In this document: in pieces, positions 1-10,856 of the stretch
Layout of the letters: each line of letters starts with the position of its first letter
Numbering within the stretch: the first letter of the stretch is position 1
Assembly (NCBI GenBank): GCA_002728255.1
Contig: PBWV01000047.1
Span: forward strand, 27,368-91,367
Reading direction: 5' to 3'
Length of the DNA stretch: 64,000 nt
Source of the DNA: Rhodospirillaceae bacterium
GTDB taxonomy: Bacteria; Pseudomonadota; Alphaproteobacteria; UBA7887
The notes under the pieces: generated by a model
What the model was told of the DNA's origin: nothing
Seen by the model: the letters and a program-made list of their open reading frames with translations, nothing else
Databases searched by the model: none
Position numbers and translations under genes: made by a program

Positions 1-1
1 G

Positions 2-1885
2 GCACAAAATATGTCGGTAAGAACGGGGTCTGAAATGGTTCATCTTGCCCGTAAGGGTGTAATGGAATTTTTATTGATTAATCATCCCTTGGATTGCCCT
101 GTGTGTGATCAGGGAGGTGAGTGCGATTTACAAGATCAAGCTTTGGGATATGGGCGGGATTCAAGTCGTTTTTTCGAGGAAAAACGGGCCGTAAGTGAAA
201 AAGATTTTGGCCCTCTGATTAAAACTCATATGACGAGATGTATCCATTGCACAAGATGTGTGCGTTTCATGGAGGAGGTCGCTGGGGTGCCTAATATAGG
301 TGGGTTTGGTCGTGGTGAGGACATGGAGATTACGGCAAGTCTCGAACACGGGTCAGATTGCTCAGAGATGTTTGGTAATATTATTGACTTATGTCCAGTC
401 GGTGCATTGACCTCAAAACCATACGCTTTTGTTGCTCGACCTTGGGAGTTGTTAGAAACAGAATCCGTCGATGTGCTTGACGCTGTTGGTAGTAATATTC
501 GGATAGATGTTCGGGATAAACAAGTGATGAGGATTACTCCACGACTCCATGAGGACGTTAATCAGGAGTGGATTGGCGATAAAACACGATTTGCTTATGA
601 TGGTCTACGAAAGCAACGATTGGATAAGCCATATGTACGACAAGCGGATGGTAAATTAACTCCTGTGAGTTGGGATATCGCTTTTGAGCGTATTCGCAGG
701 GAGGTAGAAAAGCTGGATGGCACTGAGCTTGCTGCTTTGGCGGGTGATCTTTGTGATGCGGAGTCAATGCTAGCGTTAAAAGATTTATTTTCTGCACTAA
801 ATTGTCCCAATATTGATTGTAGACAGGATGGTGCTGTTCTGCAGGCTCAGCCAAGGTGTAGCTACATCTTTAATACTTCCATTGCTGGTATCGATCAAAG
901 TGACTTGTGTTTATTGATAGGAAGCAATCCAAGATTGGAAGCACCAATCATAAATACTAGATTGCGAGCAAGATGGTTAGATGGGGATTATCCTGTCGCT
1001 AACATAGGAAAACCAGTTGATTTAAGTTACCCAGTTGAAGAATTGGGGTCTGGGAATCAGGTGTTATGTGAGATTAGCGAAGGGAAGCACCCTTTTTGTG
1101 AACAATTAGAAAGGGCTTTGACTCCAATGCTAATTATTGGGCAGGGGGCGCTAGCTCGGGCCGACGGAGAAAACATCTTATGGTCTAGCAAGGTAATTGC
1201 TGAGAAATATGATTTGGTTCGGGAGGGATGGAACGGCTTTAATGTTTTGCACACTGCGGCGGCAAGGGTAGGTGGATTGGATCTTGGACTAGTGCCATCT
1301 CCGAATGGAATAGGCGCACGCCAAATACTTTCTGGAGATTTTCGAGAAACGCCTCTTAAGTTGCTTTACCTTTTGGGCGTGGATGAGATATGTCCAGATT
1401 CCCTGAAGGGATTGTTCATTGTGTACCAAGGCCACCATGGAGACAGGGGAGCAAATATTGCTGATGTCGTGTTACCTGGAGCTGCGTATACGGAGAAGGA
1501 AGGGTGCTATGTTAATACAGAAGGCCGACCGCAATACGGCAGAGCAGCAACCCAACCGCCAGGAGACGCCAGGGAGGACTGGGCTATTTTGAGGGCCCTT
1601 TCTGCTAGGCTTGGCGTTACATTGCCCTATGATACTTTTAGTGCCTTAAGGGCAAAAATGAGCCAGATTTGTCCAGATCTGGGAAATCCCAACGTAATAT
1701 CAAAATCCGAATGGAGTGAGTTTGGATTGCAAGGGTCTTTCGGGGACACAACCCCATATAGCAGCGCGGTTAAAAACTATTTCATGACAGATCCTATATC
1801 CCGCGCTTCTAATACAATGCTTGAGTGTACAAAATGGTTTTTGGCAACACATCGGGTAGATCCGTCTGCCAATAGTGCAGACTGA
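2..1885 (+). CDS. nuoG: NADH-quinone oxidoreductase subunit G, 5'-truncated by the window edge (the N-terminal 2Fe-2S domain lies upstream)
   Basis: 624-aa ORF in frame from the window start. Cys clusters [14 protein letters not shown] and HCTRCVRF match the NuoG Fe-S ligand region, followed by a molybdopterin-oxidoreductase-like body. It is immediately followed by nuoH through nuoN. Confidence 0.9.
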   Translation, partial: AQNMSVRTGSEMVHLARKGVMEFLLINHPLDCPVCDQGGECDLQDQALGYGRDSSRFFEEKRAVSEKDFGPLIKTHMTRCIHCTRCVRFMEEVAGVPNIGGFGRGEDMEITASLEHGSDCSEMFGNIIDLCPVGALTSKPYAFVARPWELLETESVDVLDAVGSNIRIDVRDKQVMRITPRLHEDVNQEWIGDKTRFAYDGLRKQRLDKPYVRQADGKLTPVSWDIAFERIRREVEKLDGTELAALAGDLCDAESMLALKDLFSALNCPNIDCRQDGAVLQAQPRCSYIFNTSIAGIDQSDLCLLIGSNPRLEAPIINTRLRARWLDGDYPVANIGKPVDLSYPVEELGSGNQVLCEISEGKHPFCEQLERALTPMLIIGQGALARADGENILWSSKVIAEKYDLVREGWNGFNVLHTAAARVGGLDLGLVPSPNGIGARQILSGDFRETPLKLLYLLGVDEICPDSLKGLFIVYQGHHGDRGANIADVVLPGAAYTEKEGCYVNTEGRPQYGRAATQPPGDAREDWAILRALSARLGVTLPYDTFSALRAKMSQICPDLGNPNVISKSEWSEFGLQGSFGDTTPYSSAVKNYFMTDPISRASNTMLECTKWFLATHRVDPSANSAD

Positions 1886-2913
1886 TGGAATATTTTCTGC
1901 ACAACTTTCTTTTGCCAAGCGGAAAATTAGTCTTCCAAGTCCTTTTAATTATTGTGCCCCTCTTAATAGCGGTGGCGTATTTAACTTATTTTGAACGAAA
2001 ACTAATTGGAGCAATTCAACTTAGGCGTGGACCTAATACAGTGGGCCCCTTTGGGCTACTTCAACCTATAGCTGACGGGATCAAACTTTTCTTGAAGGAA
2101 ACAATTGTTCCAACGGGTGCAAATCAAATAATCTTTGTTCTAGCTCCTATGATTACATTTGTTCTTAGTTTTGCGGCTTGGGCGGTTATACCATTTGATG
2201 AAGGGTGGGTGCTATCAGATATAAATGTTGGAGTTTTATACCTAATCGCCATTTCCTCTTTAAGTGTCTATGGGGTGTTGATTGCGGGATGGGCAAGCAA
2301 TTCAAGGTATGCATTTCTAGGGGCTCTTCGTTCCGCTGCACAAATGGTGTCTTATGAGGTCTCTATGGGATTCGTTATAGTAACTGTACTGGTGTGCGTT
2401 GGATCGCTTAATCTTACTACGATAGTTAATGCCCAACAAAAGATTTGGTTCTTTTTTCCATTGTTTCCGATGTTTATTATTTTCTTTGTGTCTACGTTAG
2501 CGGAGACCAATCGACATCCTTTTGACCTTCCTGAGGATGATGCTTCCCTAGTGGCTGGGTATTTTGTTGAGTATTCATCAATGCCCTTTGCTTTGTTTTT
2601 TCTTGGAGAGTACGCTGCGATGATTTTGATGAGTGCGATGACTACCATTTTATTTTTTGGTGGTTGGCTTCCGCCAATCGATGTTAGCCCCTTAAACCAG
2701 GTTCCGGGTATTATATGGTTTTTAACCAAAATAATTATTTTACTTTTTTGTTTTTTGTGGGTGAGGGCCACTCTTCCTCGATATCGCTACGATCAATTAA
2801 TGAGACTTGGTTGGAAAGTCTTTCTTCCATTCTCTTTGTTAAGCTTAGTAATTACGTCAGCCATCGTTTTAGCACTGGATGGACAATTTGGTGCATTCAC
2901 AGAATGGTTGTAG
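1885..2913 (+). CDS. nuoH: NADH-quinone oxidoreductase subunit H (membrane subunit)
   Basis: 342-aa polytopic membrane ORF. Its ATG overlaps the nuoG TGA (TGATG). Conserved NuoH/ND1 segments are present (GYFVEYSS.., [13 protein letters not shown]). Confidence 0.93.
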   Translation: MEYFLHNFLLPSGKLVFQVLLIIVPLLIAVAYLTYFERKLIGAIQLRRGPNTVGPFGLLQPIADGIKLFLKETIVPTGANQIIFVLAPMITFVLSFAAWAVIPFDEGWVLSDINVGVLYLIAISSLSVYGVLIAGWASNSRYAFLGALRSAAQMVSYEVSMGFVIVTVLVCVGSLNLTTIVNAQQKIWFFFPLFPMFIIFFVSTLAETNRHPFDLPEDDASLVAGYFVEYSSMPFALFFLGEYAAMILMSAMTTILFFGGWLPPIDVSPLNQVPGIIWFLTKIIILLFCFLWVRATLPRYRYDQLMRLGWKVFLPFSLLSLVITSAIVLALDGQFGAFTEWL

Positions 2914-2928
2914 AGGTTAAGTAAAGTC

Positions 2929-3411
2929 ATGTTGAGCCATAAAATTCGTTGGATATTTCTGATAGAAATCGTTAAAGGACTTTTGCTTACCCTTAGGTAT
3001 GTCTTTCGAAAAAAAGTTACTCTTAATTATCCACATGAAAAGGGAAGGCTGAGTCCAAGATTTAGAGGCGAACACGCTTTGCGCCGTTATCCAAACGGGG
3101 AAGAACGCTGCATAGGATGTAAATTATGTGAGGCGATATGTCCGGCCCAGGCAATAACCATTGAAGTTCAGCCTAGAGACGACGGAAGCCGAAAAACCAC
3201 CCGATACGATATAGATATGGTTAAATGTATTTATTGTGGTTTTTGTCAAGAATCCTGCCCTGTCGATGCCATTGTGCAAGGGCCCAATTACGAATTTTCA
3301 ACTGAGACTAGGGAAGAGTTATATTTCACGAAACAAAAATTATTGGAAAACGGTGACCGGTGGGAGCCGCAAATTGCTAAAAATTTAGAAAATGAAGAAC
3401 AGTATCAATGA
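2929..3411 (+). CDS. nuoI: NADH-quinone oxidoreductase subunit I (2x[4Fe-4S] ferredoxin-like)
   Basis: 160 aa with two CxxCxxCxxxCP motifs ([24 protein letters not shown]). Confidence 0.93.
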   Translation: MLSHKIRWIFLIEIVKGLLLTLRYVFRKKVTLNYPHEKGRLSPRFRGEHALRRYPNGEERCIGCKLCEAICPAQAITIEVQPRDDGSRKTTRYDIDMVKCIYCGFCQESCPVDAIVQGPNYEFSTETREELYFTKQKLLENGDRWEPQIAKNLENEEQYQ

Positions 3412-3487
3412 GCTTGTGTATTTATGTAGAGGAACTAGTTCAAGATATGCAAGATTCTATTTCCTTTTCCAGGCAGTGGATTTCTGA

Positions 3488-4099
3488 ATGTTGATTATCA
3501 TTACTTTTTATCTTGTTTCCTCTGTCACTATTTTTGCGGCAACCATGGTGGTCTTTTCAAGAAATACAATCCACTCTGTTTTATGGTTGATTTGCGTATT
3601 TCTTAACGTCGCGATCCTATTTGTAACTCTAGGTGCAGAATTTTTGGCTATGATTCTTGTGATTGTTTACGTTGGTGCGGTGGCTGTTCTGTTTATGTTT
3701 GTGGTTATGATGTTAAACATCAGTAAAACTAAGATTAAATCAGGGTTTTCAGAATATTTTCCAATTGGGAGTGTGCTGACGGCAGTGCTTCTAGCCGAGT
3801 TTGTTCTGGTGTCATTTTCTTTTTCTTCACATTTGTTTGAGCCACCAACGGGAGTGATTTCCGATCCACGGGGAAGTCTTACAAATACTGAGGAGTTGGG
3901 TAAAGTTCTTTATACTAAATATTTTTATTTGTTTCAGCTGTCTGGTTTAATTCTACTCGTTGCAATGGTTGCCGCTATTGTTCTTACTTTGAGAACTGGA
4001 AAAGATGTTCAAAGGCAGGAGATTGGCGAGCAAGTTGAACGAGGTAAGCAGGACGCGATCGAAATAAGAAAAATAAAGCCGTACAGTGGCGCCAAATGA
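3488..4099 (+). CDS. nuoJ: NADH-quinone oxidoreductase subunit J
   Basis: 203-aa hydrophobic ORF at the expected operon position. It overlaps nuoK by 4 nt. Confidence 0.85.
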   Translation: MLIIITFYLVSSVTIFAATMVVFSRNTIHSVLWLICVFLNVAILFVTLGAEFLAMILVIVYVGAVAVLFMFVVMMLNISKTKIKSGFSEYFPIGSVLTAVLLAEFVLVSFSFSSHLFEPPTGVISDPRGSLTNTEELGKVLYTKYFYLFQLSGLILLVAMVAAIVLTLRTGKDVQRQEIGEQVERGKQDAIEIRKIKPYSGAK

Positions 4100-4404
4100 C
4101 CATTGGCTTAACCCATTATCTAGTGTTGGCCTCAATCGTTTTCACACTAGGTATCTTTGGTATATTCATAAACAGAAAAAGTATTATCGCGATATTAATG
4201 TCACTAGAACTGATCTTGCTAGGCGTAAATTTGAATTTAGTAGCATTTTCAGTTCATCTAGGAGACATAGTAGGCCAAGTATTCACTATGTTTGTTTTGA
4301 CCGTTGCCGCAGCAGAGATATCAATTGGTTTGGCTATCTTGGTTGCCTTCAGCCGGCATCAGAAATCGATTCAGGTTGATAATATTAACCTCATGAAGGG
4401 GTGA
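4096..4404 (+). CDS. nuoK: NADH-quinone oxidoreductase subunit K
   Basis: 102 aa with three TM helices. The ATGA overlaps the nuoJ stop. Conserved NuoK/ND4L-like sequence ([13 protein letters not shown]). Confidence 0.9.
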   Translation: MTIGLTHYLVLASIVFTLGIFGIFINRKSIIAILMSLELILLGVNLNLVAFSVHLGDIVGQVFTMFVLTVAAAEISIGLAILVAFSRHQKSIQVDNINLMKG

Positions 4405-6338
4405 ATGCGGTGGTATTTCTGTGCATTTTTCTTCCTTTGCTTGCGTCTATTTTGGTGGCTTTGTTTGGCAAATCCCTAAGAAAGACAGGAGCACAAGCAG
4501 TTACTTGTGGCTCCATTGTGCTGTCAGCGATAATTAGTTGTTGGATTTTAACGACAACCATAAACAATGGAACGATTTATTCAATCCAACTTTTTGAATG
4601 GATAGAATCAGGTTCATTTTCGGCTTCTTGGGGAATTTATATTGATTCATTAAGTGCGTTGATGATTTTTATTGTGACAACCGTATCTGCATTGGTTCAC
4701 ATATATTCTATAGGGTACATGAGAAAGGATCCGCACGTTCCGCGATTCATGTGCTATCTCTCTCTATTTACCTTCTCAATGTTGGTTCTCGTAACATCAA
4801 ATAACTTCCTACAACTATTTTTTGGATGGGAAGGTGTGGGGCTTTGTAGTTATTTGTTGATAGGTTTTTGGTGTACTAAAAAATCAGCAAATACCGCTGC
4901 CTTGAAAGCATTTCTCGTTAATCGGGTAGGGGATTTAGGGCTAATTCTGGGAATTGCCGCTATCTTTATGGTCTTCGACACATTAGAGTTTGGAAGTGTG
5001 TTTCGTCTTGCGCCAGAAGTATCCGGACAAAAAATCCAATTTTGCGGGTTCTCCTTTGAGGCTATTACAGTAATTTGTTTGTTGCTCTTCTTCGGGGCTA
5101 TGGGTAAATCGGCACAGATTGGTCTACATACTTGGCTGGCTGACGCAATGGAGGGACCGACCCCAGTCTCAGCCTTAATCCATGCCGCCACAATGGTGAC
5201 GGCTGGAGTTTTTCTGGTTGCGAGATGCTCTCCTTTATTTGAACTTTCCGAAGCAGCTCTGTTGGTTGTTACCCTAGTTGGTGGATTAACGGCTTTCATG
5301 GCGGCGAGCATAGCGTTAGTGCAGGTGGACATAAAACGTGTTGTAGCGTATTCAACGTGTAGTCAACTTGGCTATATGTTCTTTGCTTGTGGTCTTTCTG
5401 CGTATTCTGCTGCAATATTTCATTTGTTTACCCATGCTTTCTTTAAGGCGCTTCTATTTCTTGGAGCAGGCTCAGTCATTCACGCCTTTTCGGGTGAACA
5501 AGATATGCGAAAAATGGGTGGGGTGTGGCGTTTAATCCCGACAACGTACGGGGTAATGTTGGTTGGATCATGGGCATTAATTGGTTTACCCCCTTTTTCC
5601 GGTTATTTTTCAAAAGACCTGATTTTAGAATCCGCATATTCCTCCCATTCGTTGGTGGGGACGTTAGTGTTCTGGCTGGGAATAGCTTCAGTGGCGATGA
5701 CAGCTTTTTATTCGTGTAAAGTGATATTACTGAGTTTTCATGGAAAATTTGGAGAGGACGAAAAGGTTTTTGCTCGGATACATGAGTCGCCTAAATCAAT
5801 GACGATTCCACTCATTCTGCTGGCTATCGGAGCGATTGGTGCGGGTTATTTTGGCTTAAGCATGGTAGAAGAAAACAGTTTATTTTGGGGGAATGCACTA
5901 TATGTTTCTGATCATCATGCGGGAATAAAATTTGTACACAATTCACCAGTATGGGTAAAACTTCTACCCATCATTATGACCTTAGGTGGTTTGGTGGCCT
6001 GTTGGCTGCTGTTAAGCAAGTACCGTGGGCCTCTTGTTCACTATTTATCTCGAGTAGCATTTGTACGTCAGTTGTTGGTCAACAAGTTGTTCTTTGATTA
6101 CCTGTACGATGTAGTTTTAACAAATTTTTTAAAGAGAATTGGTTATGGCTTGTGGAAGGCGATTGATGAATCCGTTATAGATTCTTTGGGTCCCCAAGGC
6201 GTTGCTAGCGTAGTTGTGAGATCTTCCCAAAGATTGAGTCAGGGTCAAACAGGCTATATTTACCACTATGCTTTTGTGATGATTATTGGGGTCGCCTGCC
6301 TATTGGGTATCTATCTTCTATGGGAAACAGTTATCTAA
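4401..6338 (+). CDS. nuoL: NADH-quinone oxidoreductase subunit L (antiporter-like)
   Basis: 645-aa polytopic ORF. Its GTG start overlaps the nuoK TGA (GTGA). Conserved NuoL/ND5 segments are present ([28 protein letters not shown]). Confidence 0.92.
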   Translation: MNAVVFLCIFLPLLASILVALFGKSLRKTGAQAVTCGSIVLSAIISCWILTTTINNGTIYSIQLFEWIESGSFSASWGIYIDSLSALMIFIVTTVSALVHIYSIGYMRKDPHVPRFMCYLSLFTFSMLVLVTSNNFLQLFFGWEGVGLCSYLLIGFWCTKKSANTAALKAFLVNRVGDLGLILGIAAIFMVFDTLEFGSVFRLAPEVSGQKIQFCGFSFEAITVICLLLFFGAMGKSAQIGLHTWLADAMEGPTPVSALIHAATMVTAGVFLVARCSPLFELSEAALLVVTLVGGLTAFMAASIALVQVDIKRVVAYSTCSQLGYMFFACGLSAYSAAIFHLFTHAFFKALLFLGAGSVIHAFSGEQDMRKMGGVWRLIPTTYGVMLVGSWALIGLPPFSGYFSKDLILESAYSSHSLVGTLVFWLGIASVAMTAFYSCKVILLSFHGKFGEDEKVFARIHESPKSMTIPLILLAIGAIGAGYFGLSMVEENSLFWGNALYVSDHHAGIKFVHNSPVWVKLLPIIMTLGGLVACWLLLSKYRGPLVHYLSRVAFVRQLLVNKLFFDYLYDVVLTNFLKRIGYGLWKAIDESVIDSLGPQGVASVVVRSSQRLSQGQTGYIYHYAFVMIIGVACLLGIYLLWETVI

Positions 6339-7843
6339 TGGATTGGCCCGTTCTTAGTATATTGATATTTCAACCGTTAATCGGAGCCCTGTTTGTGTGT
6401 CTGGTACGCGGCGATCAAGAATTGGTAGCCACCAATGTAAAAGCCGTCACGTTATGGTCCACAGGCATCACTTTTTTATTAGCTTGTTTTTTATGGACCC
6501 AATTTGATGCAACTATTTCCAATTTTCAATTCTCAGAAGAGAAGGCTTGGATCCCAAGTTTAGGGATATCTTATTCTTTGGGAATTGATGGCATTTCCAT
6601 TATTTATATTGTTCTTACATCGTTTTTAAGCTTCATCTGTATCTTGTGCAGCTGGGAAGTGATAACTAATCGTGTGCGGGAGTATATGGTTGGGTTTCTG
6701 TTATTGGAAACCATGATTCTGGGTGCCTTTTGTGCGCTCGATACTATTTTATTTTATATGTTCTTTGAGGGTCTTCTTATCCCAATGTTCATTATCATTG
6801 GGATTTGGGGGGGGGCTGGTAGGATAAGGGCGGCCTTGAAGTTTTTTTTATATACACTGGCCGGGTCGGTCTTGTTTCTCGTTGCCATTATTCTGCTGTA
6901 CCTGGAGGCAGGGTCGAGCAGTATTCCAACGTTAATGAAAAACGAGTTTCCATTCAGTTTTCAGATTTGGTTATGGCTGCTTGTCTTTGCTTCATTTGCC
7001 GTAAAGATACCAATGTGGCCTTTCCATACCTGGTTACCCGAGGCGCACGTGGAGGCGCCCACAGCTGGTTCTGTAATACTTGCGGGCGTGCTCTTAAAGC
7101 TTGGTGGTTACGGATTTATTCGGTTCTCATTACCTATGTTCCCGGATGCCACCGCGTATTTCACTCCGTTTGTTTTTATTTTGAGTGTGATCGCCATAAT
7201 TTATACCTCATTGGTCGCTTTTGTGCAGGAGGATATGAAGAAACTAATAGCGTATTCATCAGTAGCTCACATGGGGTTCGTAACCATCGGGTTGTTCTCT
7301 CTAACCACTCAAGGTGTTGAAGGGGCACTTTTCATAATGTTGAGTCACGGGTTGGTTTCGGCCTCTTTGTTTCTATCGGTGGGAGTATTATACGATAGAA
7401 CCCATTCCCGATTGATCAAAGATTATGGTGGGTTGGTTGATAAGATGCCCGTGTATGCTTTTGTTCTTATGGTATTTTCTTTAGCTGCTATTGGTTTGCC
7501 CGGCACATCAGGTTTTGTTGGAGAGATGTTGGTTTTGGTAGGGATCTTCTCAATAAGTACATGGACCGCACTTTTTTCCGGTTTAGGTGTTATTCTTGGA
7601 GCGGCTTATATGCTTTGGCTTTACAAGCGGGTTATTTTCGGGACTAACACGACAGAAAAAATAAGTGTGCTTTCAGATCTAAGTATTCGTGAACGTTCTA
7701 TTTTTCTTCCCTTGGTTATTGCAATACTATTGATCGGATTTTACCCAAGACCAGTGCTTAACACTATGCATTTATCTGTAGAGAAATTACTTCTTCTTAG
7801 TCAACCAAGCCTAGAAATTAAAAATTTTTCAAAAGTAAAATGA
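6320..7843 (+). CDS. nuoM: NADH-quinone oxidoreductase subunit M (antiporter-like)
   Basis: 507-aa polytopic ORF with NuoM/ND4-like motifs. The ORF-track start at 6320 overlaps nuoL by 19 nt. An in-frame ATG at 6338 forming TAATG with the nuoL stop is the more likely start ([11 protein letters not shown]..). Confidence 0.9.
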   Translation: MGNSYLMDWPVLSILIFQPLIGALFVCLVRGDQELVATNVKAVTLWSTGITFLLACFLWTQFDATISNFQFSEEKAWIPSLGISYSLGIDGISIIYIVLTSFLSFICILCSWEVITNRVREYMVGFLLLETMILGAFCALDTILFYMFFEGLLIPMFIIIGIWGGAGRIRAALKFFLYTLAGSVLFLVAIILLYLEAGSSSIPTLMKNEFPFSFQIWLWLLVFASFAVKIPMWPFHTWLPEAHVEAPTAGSVILAGVLLKLGGYGFIRFSLPMFPDATAYFTPFVFILSVIAIIYTSLVAFVQEDMKKLIAYSSVAHMGFVTIGLFSLTTQGVEGALFIMLSHGLVSASLFLSVGVLYDRTHSRLIKDYGGLVDKMPVYAFVLMVFSLAAIGLPGTSGFVGEMLVLVGIFSISTWTALFSGLGVILGAAYMLWLYKRVIFGTNTTEKISVLSDLSIRERSIFLPLVIAILLIGFYPRPVLNTMHLSVEKLLLLSQPSLEIKNFSKVK

Positions 7844-7853
7844 ATTATCTTCA

Positions 7854-9296
7854 ATGAATATAAGTTTAGATGTGCTGCAACTGCGTCCTGAAATTCTTCT
7901 AACGGCAGGCTTGCTTATTTTGTTGGTTTTTGGGGCATTTCGCGATAAAGCGGGCGAGCCCCTTGTGACCCGTTTAATGATAGCCTTGCTAGCAATAGTC
8001 GCAATCCTCGTTGTTGTACGAGATTCTGAGAAGGTCAAATTATTTTCTGAACTTCTTATTTTGGACGCATATGGGAGATTTGCACAAACACTAATTATTG
8101 TCTCAGTAATTATGACATTATTAGTATCAGTAGCTTATCGAAAAACGTCAAACCTTATACAAAATGAATACCCAATTCTCATAGGATTTTCTGCTTTAGG
8201 CATGTTGTTAATGGTATTGGCAACTGACCTGATGGCACTGTATTTAGCAGTTGAGCTTCAAAGCCTTTCACTTTACGCCCTAGCAGCATTTGATCGGAAT
8301 TCTGAGAGGTCATCGGAGGCGGGATTGAAGTTTTTTGTGCTGGGGGCATTATCCTCTGGCATCCTGCTTTATGGGTGCAGTTTTATATATGGTGCTGTTG
8401 GCAGCACTTCATTTGAACTAATAGCAGCCGCAGCCGCAATACCTGGTGCTGAACTTTCTCCGCTTCTTTTTGGTTTGGTACTGGTGTGTTGTGGGCTTGC
8501 TTTTAAGGTATCGGCCGTGCCATTCCATATGTGGACCCCTGATGTATATGAAGGTTCGCCTACACCGATAACTATGTTTTTTTCTGTAGGACCAAAAATA
8601 GCTGCTCTTAGTCTTTTGACACGGCTGCTTCTTGAGGCCTTTCCGGATGCAATTCATCAATGGCAACAGATTATTTGGTTCTTAGCAATAGCTTCAATGG
8701 TACTTGGCAGCCTATTGGCTGTGCTTCAGAATAATATCAAAAGACTTATGGCTTATAGCACCATCGCCCACGTTGGATATGTTTTAATGGGAATTGGTTT
8801 GGGTTCAGAATTTGCCATTAGTAGCGTACTTATTTATTTGGCTGTATACCTTGTTTTGGTGATTGGGACGTTTGGGTGCATCTTAGCGGCAAAAGTGAAT
8901 AACTTTCACTTGGAACAAATTTCCGATCTTTCTGGCATAGGAAGAAATCAACCAATCTTTTCTTTAGCGTTTGCTATAATGTTGTTGGGCTTAGCTGGCA
9001 TACCTCCAATGGCGGGATTTTTTGCTAAGTTTTACCTCTTTATATCCATCCTACAGGCAGAGATGTATTGGTTAGTATTAATTGCTGCGCTATCTACTAT
9101 AATTGGGGCATATTACTACCTGCGAATTATTAAAGTAATGTACTTCGATGAATCTAAACAGGAACTAGATCAATTGAGTAATCCTGAGTTAAATATAATT
9201 ATTGGCACGGCTGCCGTGTTCACACTTTTTTTCTTCGTGAACCATTCCATTATCGTTGACCATGCGGGTAGGGCGGCGGGATCTCTTTTTAATTAA
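7854..9296 (+). CDS. nuoN: NADH-quinone oxidoreductase subunit N (antiporter-like)
   Basis: 480-aa polytopic ORF, last nuo gene, with NuoN/ND2-like motifs. Confidence 0.9.
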   Translation: MNISLDVLQLRPEILLTAGLLILLVFGAFRDKAGEPLVTRLMIALLAIVAILVVVRDSEKVKLFSELLILDAYGRFAQTLIIVSVIMTLLVSVAYRKTSNLIQNEYPILIGFSALGMLLMVLATDLMALYLAVELQSLSLYALAAFDRNSERSSEAGLKFFVLGALSSGILLYGCSFIYGAVGSTSFELIAAAAAIPGAELSPLLFGLVLVCCGLAFKVSAVPFHMWTPDVYEGSPTPITMFFSVGPKIAALSLLTRLLLEAFPDAIHQWQQIIWFLAIASMVLGSLLAVLQNNIKRLMAYSTIAHVGYVLMGIGLGSEFAISSVLIYLAVYLVLVIGTFGCILAAKVNNFHLEQISDLSGIGRNQPIFSLAFAIMLLGLAGIPPMAGFFAKFYLFISILQAEMYWLVLIAALSTIIGAYYYLRIIKVMYFDESKQELDQLSNPELNIIIGTAAVFTLFFFVNHSIIVDHAGRAAGSLFN

Positions 9297-9315
9297 TATT
9301 AGGTATATTGAATTA

Positions 9316-10071
9316 ATGGAAAAGCTGATGCCAGGCTACGTTCTTCATACATTGGAGGAGACGGATAGCACTAATGTAGAATGTAGGAAAATGGCTGAAG
9401 ATGGGTCGGCTGAAGGATTAATAATTCAAGCCTCATCACAGTCTTCGGGAAAAGGGCGTCGAGGACGGACTTGGAGCTCCCCAAAAGGGAATTTATATTT
9501 TTCCATGTTAATCAAGCCTAAATGCAAAGTGAGTAAGGCACTGGAAGTCTCATTTGTCTCTGCTGTTGCAATGTGTGATGCCTTGGGCGCTTTATTGCCG
9601 CCGATGGTAGAGGTTAGGGTTAAATGGCCTAATGATATATTGCTTAATCAAAGGAAGTGCTGTGGGTTTCTGCTTGAATCCAGCAGTGATAGCTCCGGAA
9701 ATGTCAAGTGGCTGATTATTGGAGCCGGTGTAAACGTAGAAAGTTTTCCAGAAGAGGTGGATTACCCAGCTACCAGTCTATCATTTGAAGGATCATCCAA
9801 TCTGACTTTAAGAGAGGTTTTACTATCTTTCTTGCGTCATTTTAAGCGTTGGAAAAATGTCTGGGAGGTAGAAGGTTTTAACCCTATCAGAGAGGCATGG
9901 ATAGAGCGCTCCATAGGCGTGGGACGGAGAATAACAGCTAAGCTGGGAGAGACATCCCACACTGGTATATTTTCTGATCTTAATGCAGACGGATCTTTGG
10001 TGATGACAACTGATGAGGGGGAAAAAGTGGTGATTACTTCTGGAGATATCTTTCCGGAGTTAAAAGCATGA
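9316..10071 (+). CDS. birA: biotin--[acetyl-CoA-carboxylase] ligase (group I BirA, no N-terminal HTH)
   Basis: GKGRRGRTWSSPKGNLYFS matches the BirA biotin-binding loop. The ORF track gives 9256 (a 41-nt overlap with nuoN), but the ATG at 9316 (MEKLMPGYVLHTLEETDSTN) fits the family N-terminus. Confidence 0.85.
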   Translation: MEKLMPGYVLHTLEETDSTNVECRKMAEDGSAEGLIIQASSQSSGKGRRGRTWSSPKGNLYFSMLIKPKCKVSKALEVSFVSAVAMCDALGALLPPMVEVRVKWPNDILLNQRKCCGFLLESSSDSSGNVKWLIIGAGVNVESFPEEVDYPATSLSFEGSSNLTLREVLLSFLRHFKRWKNVWEVEGFNPIREAWIERSIGVGRRITAKLGETSHTGIFSDLNADGSLVMTTDEGEKVVITSGDIFPELKA

Positions 10072-10856
10072 AGCGTCGGCTGCTGCTATGCATAGATGGA
10101 GGGAATACCAATGTGGTTTTTGCGTTATTTGAGAATGATAAAATTCTTAATCAGTGGCGCATGAATACCAATAGCAGAACTACAGCAGACGAATATGGTG
10201 TTTGGCTCATAAATTTATTTTCTTTAAGTGGATTCAATATAGATGAGGTAGAGGCTACGGCCATTACCAACGTCGTGCCTTCTATTAGCTTCCAATTAAG
10301 GGAATTATGTAAGCGTTATTTTGGTGTCACTCCAATTTGCATAGAGTCTGCGGAAGATGTGCCTATCCCTGTTTTAATTGATAACCCTGCTGAGGTTGGT
10401 GCTGATAGACTCGTTAACGCAGTTGCTGCTCATGAGTATTATACAGGAGGGTTAATAGTTATTGATTTTGGGACCGCTACTACCTTTGATGTAGTTAGAG
10501 AGGATGGGGCCTACGCCGGGGGTATAATTGCGCCTGGCGTCAACTTGTCATTAGATGCTTTAGATCGGGCAGCTGCCCGCCTCCCTTCCATTTCAATTAA
10601 AAGACCCGAACATATTTTGGGCAAGAATACTGTATCTGCGATGCAATCTGGCATGTTTTGGGGGTATGTAAGTTTGATTGAAGGGCTCGTGTCGAGAATT
10701 AATATAGAATTTGATACGAAAATGACAGTGATAGCCACTGGAGGATTAGCTCCGTTGTTCCAAACTTCGTGCGAGGTAATTGATTCAATCGATGAGAATT
10801 TAACACTTAACGGGTTGAGACTGCTTTACGAAAATATTGCGAGCTCACCAAAATGA
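10068..10856 (+). CDS. coaX: type III pantothenate kinase (Baf/CoaX)
   Basis: 262 aa. The N-terminus LLCIDGGNTNVVFALFEN is typical of CoaX. An ATGA overlap with birA reproduces the classic birA-coaX pairing. Confidence 0.88.
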   Translation: MKRRLLLCIDGGNTNVVFALFENDKILNQWRMNTNSRTTADEYGVWLINLFSLSGFNIDEVEATAITNVVPSISFQLRELCKRYFGVTPICIESAEDVPIPVLIDNPAEVGADRLVNAVAAHEYYTGGLIVIDFGTATTFDVVREDGAYAGGIIAPGVNLSLDALDRAAARLPSISIKRPEHILGKNTVSAMQSGMFWGYVSLIEGLVSRINIEFDTKMTVIATGGLAPLFQTSCEVIDSIDENLTLNGLRLLYENIASSPK

